A stretch of DNA of 64,000 nt from an uncultured Eubacteriales bacterium (GTDB taxonomy: Bacteria > Bacillota > Clostridia > Christensenellales > CALVMC01), in contig CASFOZ010000001.1 of the NCBI GenBank assembly GCA_949296455.1, forward strand, positions 127,535 through 191,534, written 5' to 3'. Under the pieces are notes generated by a model, which worked only from the letters and a program-made list of their open reading frames with translations, was not told the DNA's origin and did no database searches. The translations under genes were made by a program, and so were the position numbers. Positions 45,221 through 53,784 of this stretch are shown here, one piece after another; the stretch's first letter is position 1; the number at the start of each line of letters is the position of its first letter.

Positions 45221-47017
45221 CTATTTGTTTTCTTCCGTAATAAGTACGGCTTTTATTCTTCTTACTCCTGCGCTGCTGCTCTGCTCTTTGATTATTTTGA
45301 ATGTTCCGAGTTCTCCCGTTCTCGCTGCGTGAGGTCCGCCGCATATTTCCTTTGAATATTTTCCGATTGTATATACTTTGACCTTTTCACCGTATTTGCT
45401 TTCAAAGACGCCCAAAGCTCCTTTCTGTTTGGCTTCGGCAACACTCATTTCCTCGCATGTAATTTCGACATTATCTTTTATCGCTTTATTTACTTCTTTT
45501 TCTATTTCGGATATTTCTTCGGCAGTAAGAGGTCTCGGAAAATTAAAATCGAATCTCAGTCTTTCTGCCGTTATATTGCTTCCCTTTTGAAAAATATCGT
45601 TTCCTAAAAGCTTTCTTATCGAGGCAAGCATTAAATGGGTTGCGGTATGAAGATTCGTCGTTTCCTTCTGGTGGTCGATAAGTCCCCCTTTGAACTTCTG
45701 CTCGGAACCTGCTTTTGATTTTTCCTGATGTTCCTTTTCGGCTTTCTTATAACCTTCTCTGTCAACCTTGAAACCTTTTTCTCTGCATATCTCTTCCGTC
45801 ATTTCAAGAGGAAATCCGAAAGTGTCATATAATCTGAAAGCTGTTTTTCCGTTAAGTACTCCGTCTTTGGAAAAACTTAATACCTTTTCAAGTTCTTTTA
45901 TTCCCTGTTGAAGTGCGCTTTCAAACTTGCTTTCTTCTGCGTTGAGTTCGGATATGATTTTGTCTTTATTATCCGACAGTTCTTTATAAGTATCTTTATA
46001 TATATCGATATATAGTAAAGCGATTTTCTCTATTGTTCCGCTTTCCAGGTTAAGCTGTCTGCAAAATCTTATTGCCCTTCTTATAAGTCTTCTTAAAACA
46101 TAGCCTTGGTCGGTATTGGACGGAGTTATTCCCTTTTCGTCTCCCAATAAAAATACCGAAGTTCTTATATGGTCGGCTATAATTCTTACCGCTCTGTCAC
46201 GGCTTGTTTCTTTTCCGTATTCCGTATTTGAAAGTTTACATAAAAGCGCAATAACCGGCGCAAATAAATCGGTCTCGTAAACAGAAGAATATCCGTTCAG
46301 AATACATACCGTTCTTTCAAGTCCCATTCCGGTATCGACATTTTTTTGCTTTAACATACTGAAACTGCCGTCGGCTTCCTTGAAATATTCCATAAAAACA
46401 TTGTTCCATATTTCAACGAACTTTCCGCAGTCGCAGGCAGGCGAACAGTCTTTACAGCATTTTTCCTTTCCGGTATCTATAAAAATTTCGGTATCGGGAC
46501 CGCAAGGACCGGTTTGACCGGCAGGACCCCACCAATTGTTTTTCTTGGGCAGAAAATATATGTTTTCCTTTTTTATTCCTTGCTTTTCCCATATCGAGGC
46601 GCTTAGCGTGTCTTTCGGACAATCGCTGTCGCCCGCAAACACCGAAACGGCAATTTTGTCTAACGGTATTTCAAGTACTTCCGTTAAAAATTCCCTGCTC
46701 CAACTAATAGCTTCTTCTTTGAAATAATCTCCGAGAGACCAGTTTCCCAGCATTTCGAAAAACGTACAGTGGGTTGCGTCGCCCACTTCTTCGATATCGC
46801 CCGTTCTTACGCATTTCTGTACATCGGCAAGCCTTTTGCCCAAAGGATGTTTTTGTCCCGTAAGATAAGGAACGAGCGGATGCATTCCGGCAGTTGTGAA
46901 CAATACCGTCGGGTCGTTTTCGGGTATAAGCGACGCCGACTGTATTATTGCGTGGTTTTTGCTTTTAAAAAAGTCAAGATATTTTTTTCTGAGTTCGTAA
47001 GATTTTAACTTTAACAT
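45221..47017 (-). CDS. alaS: alanyl-tRNA synthetase, short form (catalytic + tRNA-recognition + editing domains, no C-Ala domain)
   Basis: FTTAGMHPLVPYL, FFEMLGNWSLGDYFK, editing-domain HTATH and CGGPH zinc motifs. The protein ends about 35 aa after CGGPH at residue 598. Confidence 0.85.
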   Translation of the reverse strand: MLKLKSYELRKKYLDFFKSKNHAIIQSASLIPENDPTVLFTTAGMHPLVPYLTGQKHPLGKRLADVQKCVRTGDIEEVGDATHCTFFEMLGNWSLGDYFKEEAISWSREFLTEVLEIPLDKIAVSVFAGDSDCPKDTLSASIWEKQGIKKENIYFLPKKNNWWGPAGQTGPCGPDTEIFIDTGKEKCCKDCSPACDCGKFVEIWNNVFMEYFKEADGSFSMLKQKNVDTGMGLERTVCILNGYSSVYETDLFAPVIALLCKLSNTEYGKETSRDRAVRIIADHIRTSVFLLGDEKGITPSNTDQGYVLRRLIRRAIRFCRQLNLESGTIEKIALLYIDIYKDTYKELSDNKDKIISELNAEESKFESALQQGIKELEKVLSFSKDGVLNGKTAFRLYDTFGFPLEMTEEICREKGFKVDREGYKKAEKEHQEKSKAGSEQKFKGGLIDHQKETTNLHTATHLMLASIRKLLGNDIFQKGSNITAERLRFDFNFPRPLTAEEISEIEKEVNKAIKDNVEITCEEMSVAEAKQKGALGVFESKYGEKVKVYTIGKYSKEICGGPHAARTGELGTFKIIKEQSSSAGVRRIKAVLITEENK

Positions 47018-47030
47018 ATTTTTCTCCGTA

Positions 47031-48713
47031 TCACATTCTGTCGGGTGCTTTTATCCCGAGCAGATTAAATCCGTTTATTATTACCCTTCTTACCGCATAG
47101 GTAAGACAGAGTTTTGCGTTTATTTCCTCTTCGCTTCCTTCGATAATTTTATGTTCTATATAAAATTTATTAAAGCGCTGCGCTATATCGGTTATATATC
47201 TTGTAATTACGCAAGGTTCGTTTTTTTCAGCCGCTTCCTTAACCTTTTCGGGGAAAAGAGCCAAGGCGGAAAATATACTTCTGCCTTCCTGATTTAAAAT
47301 GGCGGAAGGATTGAATTTTTTAAAATCGCATTTGCCGCCTTTTTCAAGTATACTCGAACACCTTGCGCATGTATATTGAACATAGGGACCGGTTTCTCCG
47401 TCAAAGGTCAGAACCTTATCGTATGAAAAAACGATATCTTTTATTCTTCCGTTAAATAAAGCGAAAAATATTACGGCGCCGACACCTATCATTTCGGCGG
47501 TTTTTTCCTTGTCTTTTAAATCGGGATTTTTTTCGGTTATTATTTTTAGGGATTTTTCAACAGCTTTGTTAAGAACTTCGTCAAGAAGCACTACCTTTCC
47601 TTTTCTTGTTGATAAAGTACCGTCTTCCAAAGATACCATTCCGAAAGCTATATGTTGAAGGTCTTTTGCCCAATCATAACCCATAAGTTCTATTACTTTA
47701 AAAAACTGTTTAAAGTGCAGATTTTGCTGATATGCGACAACATAAAGACATTTATAAAAATCATATGTTTTCTTTCTGTAAAAGGCAGCCGCTATATCTC
47801 TTGTTGCATAAAGGGTGGCGCCGTCAGCCTTTTTAAGAAGACAAGGCGGCATTCCGTCGAGTTCGACGACTTGCGCTCCGTCGCTTTCTTTGAGTAATCC
47901 TTTTTGAGATAACTCCTCGAGTACCGGCTCCATTTTATCGTTGTAAAAACTTTCACCGTTATAACTGTCGAATTTTACTCCGAGTCTTTCATAAACTTTA
48001 TTGACTTCTTTTAAGGTTATATCTTTAAACCACTCGAATATTTTAACGCATTCGCCGTCACCTTGTTCGATAAGTTTAAAATAATGCCTTCCTTCATCGT
48101 TAAGGCTCTCGTCCTTTTCTGCCTCCGAATGAAACCTGACATAAAGTTCGTTTAAAGCACTTACCCCTCTTTTTTCTATGTCTTCTCTGTTGCCCCAGCG
48201 CTTATATGCGCTAATCATTTTACCGAATTGGGTTCCGTAATCGCCGAGGTGATTTATTCCGTACGGCTTGTAACCTAAAAAACCGTATATTCTGTATAAG
48301 GCTGCCCCTATCACGGTTGTAAGCAAATGCCCTATATGGAAAGGCTTTGCTATGTTAATTGAAGAGTAATCTATACAAATCACACGGCCTTTACCTTCGT
48401 CGGAAGAACCGTATCTTTCGCCTTTTTCGAATATTTCGCCTATAACGCTTTTTGCAAGTTCTTCGTCTTTGATTTTAAAATTCAAAAATCCGCCGGCAGG
48501 CTCTATGGACTCAAGGAAAGAAGGCTTTTTAAGAGTTTCGGAAAATCTTTTGGCAAGCGCCATAGGATTTTCACCCGCTTTTTTTGCAAGAGTAAAACAC
48601 GGAAGGGCAAAATCTCCCATTTTTTCCTCTTTCGGTCTTGCAAGCAAAGAATAGATTTCATTTTTGTCGAAGGGTTCTTCGAAAAGTAAACTTATTTTTT
48701 TTCTGTAATCCAT
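47031..48713 (-). CDS. argS: arginyl-tRNA synthetase
   Basis: N-terminal Arg-tRNA-binding domain, SSINIAKPFHIGHL (HIGH), and C-terminal DALR anticodon-binding domain ending in M. Confidence 0.95.
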   Translation of the reverse strand: MDYRKKISLLFEEPFDKNEIYSLLARPKEEKMGDFALPCFTLAKKAGENPMALAKRFSETLKKPSFLESIEPAGGFLNFKIKDEELAKSVIGEIFEKGERYGSSDEGKGRVICIDYSSINIAKPFHIGHLLTTVIGAALYRIYGFLGYKPYGINHLGDYGTQFGKMISAYKRWGNREDIEKRGVSALNELYVRFHSEAEKDESLNDEGRHYFKLIEQGDGECVKIFEWFKDITLKEVNKVYERLGVKFDSYNGESFYNDKMEPVLEELSQKGLLKESDGAQVVELDGMPPCLLKKADGATLYATRDIAAAFYRKKTYDFYKCLYVVAYQQNLHFKQFFKVIELMGYDWAKDLQHIAFGMVSLEDGTLSTRKGKVVLLDEVLNKAVEKSLKIITEKNPDLKDKEKTAEMIGVGAVIFFALFNGRIKDIVFSYDKVLTFDGETGPYVQYTCARCSSILEKGGKCDFKKFNPSAILNQEGRSIFSALALFPEKVKEAAEKNEPCVITRYITDIAQRFNKFYIEHKIIEGSEEEINAKLCLTYAVRRVIINGFNLLGIKAPDRM

Positions 48714-48862
48714 TTTTTTATCCGTTGATATTTTGTTTTTAATTTATCATTATATAAATAAAAAGGCAAGCGTTTAACAAAAATCAATCTTACCTTTTCG
48801 ATTACTTTTATTATTATATAACGAAGAGTTTTTTATTTCAATAATTTTAACCCTGTTAAAAA

Positions 48863-49951
48863 TCAGACATTGAATCTGAAAAGTATAACGTCGCCGTCCT
48901 GAACTACATAATCTTTTCCTTCGCTTCTGACCTTGCCTTTTTCCTTTGCGGCGTTATATCCGCCCGCTTCGAGAAGCACTTTATAATTAACCACTTCGGC
49001 ACGGATAAACCCCTTTTCAAAATCGGTATGGATTTTTCCTGCCGCCTGCGGCGCTTTCGTTCCCTTTTCTATCGTCCAAGCACGAGTCTCCTTTTCGCCT
49101 GCGGTAAGATAGCTGATAAGACCTAAAAGGTCATAGCAAGCGGTGACAAGTTTATCGAGTCCGCTTTTTTCTATATTAAGTTCGCTTTGAAAAATTTCCC
49201 TTTCTTCTTTGGGTAAGGCGCTGAGTTCTTCTTCTATCTTTGCGCAAAGAGTTATTACTCCCCTTCCTTCTTCTTTTGCTTTCTTTTCTACCTGTTTTAC
49301 GAATTCGCTTTCTTTGCCTATCTCGTCTTCCTTAATGTTTGCGGCATATATTACAGGCTTGTCCGTCAAAAGAAATAAATCGTTGACCGTTTCTCGCTCT
49401 TCTTTGGTAAAATCGATTTTTCTTATAAGTTCGCCCTTTTCAAGACTCTCTTTCAATTTCTTTAAAACTTCGAGTTCTCCGATATACTTTTTATCTCCGC
49501 CTTTTGCCTGTTTTTCGGTTTTTTCTATTCTTTTCTGAACGGTTTCCAAATCCGCCAAGGCAAGTTCGAGATTGATAATATCCATATCCCGAACGGGATT
49601 GACGCTCCCTTCCACATGGGTAATGTTTTCGTCTTCGTAACAGCGCACGACATGGACGATTGCGTCAACCTGTCTTATGTGGGATAAGAACTTGTTTCCG
49701 AGTCCTTCGCCCGAAGCTGCGCCTTTTACAAGTCCTGCGATATCGACAAATTCCAAAGTGGTAGGCGTAACCTTTTTACTGTTATAAAGTTTGGCTAAAA
49801 GGTCGAGTCTTTCATCGGGAACGGGCACTACTCCGACATTGGGTTCTATGGTACAAAAAGGATAATTGGCGCACTCTGCGCCTGCATTTGTTATAGCGTT
49901 AAAAAGGGTGCTTTTTCCTACATTGGGAAGCCCTACTACCCCTAACTTCAT
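48863..49951 (-). CDS. ychF: ribosome-binding ATPase YchF
   Basis: GVVGLPNVGKSTLFNA...ANYPFCTIEPN, with a C-terminal TGS-like VVQDGDVILFRFNV. Confidence 0.95.
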   Translation of the reverse strand: MKLGVVGLPNVGKSTLFNAITNAGAECANYPFCTIEPNVGVVPVPDERLDLLAKLYNSKKVTPTTLEFVDIAGLVKGAASGEGLGNKFLSHIRQVDAIVHVVRCYEDENITHVEGSVNPVRDMDIINLELALADLETVQKRIEKTEKQAKGGDKKYIGELEVLKKLKESLEKGELIRKIDFTKEERETVNDLFLLTDKPVIYAANIKEDEIGKESEFVKQVEKKAKEEGRGVITLCAKIEEELSALPKEEREIFQSELNIEKSGLDKLVTACYDLLGLISYLTAGEKETRAWTIEKGTKAPQAAGKIHTDFEKGFIRAEVVNYKVLLEAGGYNAAKEKGKVRSEGKDYVVQDGDVILFRFNV

Positions 49952-49966
49952 ATTATCAACTCCGAA

Positions 49967-52294
49967 TTAATTTTTTTTGACAAGAATTTCTAAGGTCTGC
50001 GTTCCGAACTCGGAAGTTACCGTAACCTTTCCCTTTCCGCTTTTACCGTTGGTTCTTACCCAAAAAGCCCTTCTTCCGCCTATCAACGGAAAAATATCGG
50101 GTCCTATTACCTTCAAGGCGTCGTTGGTTTTTACTGCGACGATATCGAAGCTGTAATTTGAAAGCCCGGTCTGACCTTTCTGTTCGACAAGAATTCTGCA
50201 AGTATCGTAAGTATCGTCTTCTACAAGCTCGCTGCTTGCGCAGTTTACTATAAGTTTCTTCTCTTCGTCGCCGCCTTTAAAAACGGTAATCTGCAATTTA
50301 TCTTTTATATAGCCTTCAAATTTATAAACCTGGCAGTCTCTGTTGCAAATGTATTTATCGTAAAGTTTCAAAAGCTCGTGTAAAGATACGTCTTCTTTCT
50401 TTAAAGCCTTGTTTAAAGGCATTAATTTAAATTTCTTTCCGCCGATATAATCGCCCCCGTTTTCGGCAAGATAAAGAAGTCCTTTTTTTATGGTTTCGGC
50501 GTTTTTAGCGGAAAAGTTTTCCTTTTCCTTTATTTCGTTACCTATAAAATCGCTGAGTTCGATTGGCGGATGGACAATTTTTTTGTATTTTTTTCTGTCA
50601 GGATAAAATGTTCCTATAAGTTCTTCGCCTTTATAGAATTTAACATAATCGCAGTTTGTAAGAATAAATACCTTTCCGTATCCTTTTTTATATCTCTCTG
50701 CGGTCTTCAAAGCCGAGGTGAGTTCGAGAACGGGTTCTTTTTCAGTCTGACTTTTATAAAACAATCCTGCCGTTTTTGCCGTTCTGAACATATCGAGGAC
50801 GCCGCTGTATTTAATATTGTTGCCGCCGCCGTAAGTTTCGGCGCAGTTATAATCGCTCATTGACTGCCCCATGGTTCCGCAATAACATTTTTTAAGCAGA
50901 GCCTTGTTTATGTCTTCCGCATAACTTAAAGCCTGATTCTGACGGATTAATTCACCGTCATAGCTTCTTGCGTCTATATTAGTAAGTCCTATTTCGGGAA
51001 TTAAGCACATTTTTTTCTTTTTATTATCCCGTTTTTCGATATAAAAATCTGAAGAAAATAATTTACTACCGCTAAACGCACGGTTTCCCGCCGTTTGACG
51101 GGATTCGTCGAGCGAACTTGCAAGCTCTATCGCTTCGTAATAAAACGCCGAATTAATATCCGTTCTTTTAATTCTTACCCCCCAAAGCACTATGGAAGGA
51201 TGATTGTAATTTTCATATATCATATCTTTGATTTTCATCAAAGTTAACTGTCTGTTTTCGAAATTAACGCAAAGAGCGTCGTTGCCCGGCATTTCAACAA
51301 ATACCATAAGTCCTATTTCGTCGCACTTTTTTAAAAAGTGTTTCGACGGCGGCTCGGTGCATCTTACTATATTTATACCGAGATTTTTCAATATTTCGGC
51401 ATCTTCCTGCTGAGCGGATTTCGGCATGGCAAGGTTTGCAAAAGGATAACTTTGTTTTCTTGTAAGTCCGTTAAGTACGGTTTCCGCTCCGCTTAAATAA
51501 AACTTGCCGTCCTTGAACTCGGCTGTCCTGAGTCCGCATTTTACATATTCTTTTTCAAATCCCAAAGCAGTTTCGACAGTATAGAGATTGGGATTTGCGC
51601 AGCACCAAAGTTCGGGCTCGTCGACAGAAATTTCCGTTTCGTACTCGTCGGTGTATCCCGTTTCTTTTTCTCCGCTCGATATTATGTTTCCGTTCGGGTC
51701 CTTTACCTGACAGAATAGCTTCTTGCCTGATTTTATTTTGGTATTGAATTTACATTTGATTTTTAACTTCCATTTTCCGTTTTCGTCAACGGTGGGCGTG
51801 ACAAGAACATTTTTAAAATATTCTTCGTCGCATATTTTGAGATATACTTCCCTGAATATTCCCGAACTTACCGCAAAGTCTTCGTTGTCGCAAGGAACCG
51901 GCTTTTCTTCGCTTTTTACACTGTCAACTTTTACCGTGAGAAAATTCCTTACTCCGAATTCCACAAAGTTTGTTATATCGAAATTAAAAGATGTATAACT
52001 GCCGTTATCCGATACGACAAGATTTCCGTTTATGTAAACCTTGAAAAATCCCTGAACTCCTTCAAAGTTCAAAATTATTCTCTTTCCGTTATATTTGTCG
52101 TCTAATTGAAATTCCCTTTTATAGCATACGACTTTTTCCGTTTCGTTTTTTGAAAAATTATCTAGCGGCAAAAAAGGACTGTGTGGTATATCCACCTTTT
52201 CAAACTCGTTTACCGAATAACTGCTTAAAACATATTCCTGATTAAATCCTTGTTTAAAGTACCAATCATAATTCAAATTAATACAATCTATCAT
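49967..52294 (-). CDS. glycoside hydrolase family 2-like protein (possibly catalytically impaired)
   Basis: GH2 N-terminal sugar-binding, Ig-like and TIM-barrel order. NHPSIVLWGVRIKRTD occupies the place of the NHPS..W....NE acid/base segment. A putative nucleophile is retained (LIPEIG). Confidence 0.7.
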   Translation of the reverse strand: MIDCINLNYDWYFKQGFNQEYVLSSYSVNEFEKVDIPHSPFLPLDNFSKNETEKVVCYKREFQLDDKYNGKRIILNFEGVQGFFKVYINGNLVVSDNGSYTSFNFDITNFVEFGVRNFLTVKVDSVKSEEKPVPCDNEDFAVSSGIFREVYLKICDEEYFKNVLVTPTVDENGKWKLKIKCKFNTKIKSGKKLFCQVKDPNGNIISSGEKETGYTDEYETEISVDEPELWCCANPNLYTVETALGFEKEYVKCGLRTAEFKDGKFYLSGAETVLNGLTRKQSYPFANLAMPKSAQQEDAEILKNLGINIVRCTEPPSKHFLKKCDEIGLMVFVEMPGNDALCVNFENRQLTLMKIKDMIYENYNHPSIVLWGVRIKRTDINSAFYYEAIELASSLDESRQTAGNRAFSGSKLFSSDFYIEKRDNKKKKMCLIPEIGLTNIDARSYDGELIRQNQALSYAEDINKALLKKCYCGTMGQSMSDYNCAETYGGGNNIKYSGVLDMFRTAKTAGLFYKSQTEKEPVLELTSALKTAERYKKGYGKVFILTNCDYVKFYKGEELIGTFYPDRKKYKKIVHPPIELSDFIGNEIKEKENFSAKNAETIKKGLLYLAENGGDYIGGKKFKLMPLNKALKKEDVSLHELLKLYDKYICNRDCQVYKFEGYIKDKLQITVFKGGDEEKKLIVNCASSELVEDDTYDTCRILVEQKGQTGLSNYSFDIVAVKTNDALKVIGPDIFPLIGGRRAFWVRTNGKSGKGKVTVTSEFGTQTLEILVKKN

Positions 52295-52508
52295 AACCGC
52301 TCCTTATTACTTTATATTATAAACAAATATTTTTTAATTGTAAATAGTTTTGCTTTTATTAAACCCGTAAAGCCGCTTTACGAAAGTTTTTCAAAAGGTT
52401 TTTCTGTTTTAATTTCTTTTTTTCGTTTTCTCTTTTTTAGGTAAAAATTTTTAACAGTTTTTAGAAAGACCGAACCATACTTTATTATATAATATAAATA
52501 AATGAAAA

Positions 52509-52537
52509 TTGACATTTAAAACAATGTAATGTAAAAT
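52509..52537 (+). promoter_or_regulatory. sigma-A type promoter (TTGACA-17-TAAAAT)
   Basis: TTGACA 52509-52514 and TAAAAT 52532-52537. An AAAGGTGA RBS and the ATG at 52556 follow. Confidence 0.5.
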
Positions 52538-52555
52538 CATAGAAAAGGTGATATT

Positions 52556-53761
52556 ATGAAAACTATTGTAATTTTAGGCGACGGAATGGCCGATTTGCCT
52601 CTTAAAAATTTCGGCGGAAGAACCCCTCTCGAAATAGCGAAAAAACCGAATATGGACAGATTGTGTAAGGACGGGGAAACAGGTCTTGTTAAAACCGTGC
52701 CCGATACACTGAAACCCGGAAGCGATGTGGCAAATCTTGCCGTAATGGGATACAACCCCGAAAAATATTATACGGGGCGCTCTCCCCTCGAAGCGGTAAG
52801 TATGGGAATAAAAATGAAATCCGACGATATAGCTTTAAGGTGTAATCTCGTAACCCTATCGGACGAAGAAAATTACCGAGATAAAACAATGCTCGATTAC
52901 AGCGCAGGTGAAATTTCCACCGAAGAAGCTGCAATTCTTATCGACGCCGTAAATAAAGAATTGTCCGAAAAGAACCTTAACTTTTACCCCGGTATAAGTT
53001 ATCGTCACTGTCTTATCGCAAAAGGTCACGACACGAAAGCCGAACTTACTCCCCCACACGACATTTCCGATAAACCGATAAAGGATTATCTTCCAAAAGG
53101 CGGATGCGGTGAGATTTACGAAAATCTTATGAGAAAGTCTTATGAAATACTTAAAGACCACCCCGTCAATTTGAAAAGAAAGCAAAAAGGACTGAATCCC
53201 GCAAACTCGATATGGCTTTGGGGTGCGGGAAGCAAACCCGAACTCGACGATTTTAAAAAGAAAAACGGCGTAAGCGGCGCAGTTATAAGCGCAGTTGACC
53301 TTGTCAAAGGTATAGGTATCTGCGCCGGAATGAAAATATTCAATGTCGAAGGAGCAACGGGAAACATTAATACTAATTTTTCGGGCAAGGCAAAAACGGC
53401 AATCGACGCTCTTTCGGAATACGATTTTGTATATCTTCATATCGAAGCGCCCGACGAATGCGGCCACCACGGAGATACGGAAGGAAAAATTAAATCGATA
53501 GAATTAATAGACGAAAAAGTAGTTGCTCCTATTGCCGATTATCTAGAAAGGCGGGGCGATAAATTCAACATACTGATAATGCCCGACCACCCTACTCCTA
53601 TCGGACTGAAAACCCACACAAAAGCACCTGTGCCCTACCTCTTGTACAGAAATTACAGACCTATGGAATGCGGGCTTGCATACAACGAAAAAAACGCTTT
53701 GAAAAGCGGTAATTTTATCGAATATGGCTATACTTTAATAGATAGAGTATTAAATGGCTGA
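52556..53761 (+). CDS. apgM: cofactor-independent phosphoglycerate mutase, archaeal-type (ApgM family)
   Basis: IVILGDGMADLP...GSDVANLAVMGYNP...LHIEAPDECGHHGD...IMPDHPTP. Confidence 0.85.
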   Translation: MKTIVILGDGMADLPLKNFGGRTPLEIAKKPNMDRLCKDGETGLVKTVPDTLKPGSDVANLAVMGYNPEKYYTGRSPLEAVSMGIKMKSDDIALRCNLVTLSDEENYRDKTMLDYSAGEISTEEAAILIDAVNKELSEKNLNFYPGISYRHCLIAKGHDTKAELTPPHDISDKPIKDYLPKGGCGEIYENLMRKSYEILKDHPVNLKRKQKGLNPANSIWLWGAGSKPELDDFKKKNGVSGAVISAVDLVKGIGICAGMKIFNVEGATGNINTNFSGKAKTAIDALSEYDFVYLHIEAPDECGHHGDTEGKIKSIELIDEKVVAPIADYLERRGDKFNILIMPDHPTPIGLKTHTKAPVPYLLYRNYRPMECGLAYNEKNALKSGNFIEYGYTLIDRVLNG

Positions 53762-53784
53762 AATTCTGAATAAAGGAGGCCGAA

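Noticed and set aside
40495-48862. Search for T-box leaders or other riboswitches upstream of gltX, argS-alaS and cysE.
   Set aside because: No T-box consensus (GGGTGGnACCGCG) or specifier/GA-motif architecture was visible on the relevant strand, and the upstream regions are short and AT-rich. This was only a visual scan, so a covariance-model search could still overturn it.
51074-51103. A seventh apparent copy of the CCCGTCAAACG / CCGTGCGTTT repeat motif inside the GH2 gene.
   Set aside because: It is in frame within the CDS and encodes SRQTAGNRAF, which I recall as conserved in this GH2 subfamily (compare ...TRQTGG...). The resemblance is partial, so I treat it as coincidence and not an inserted element.
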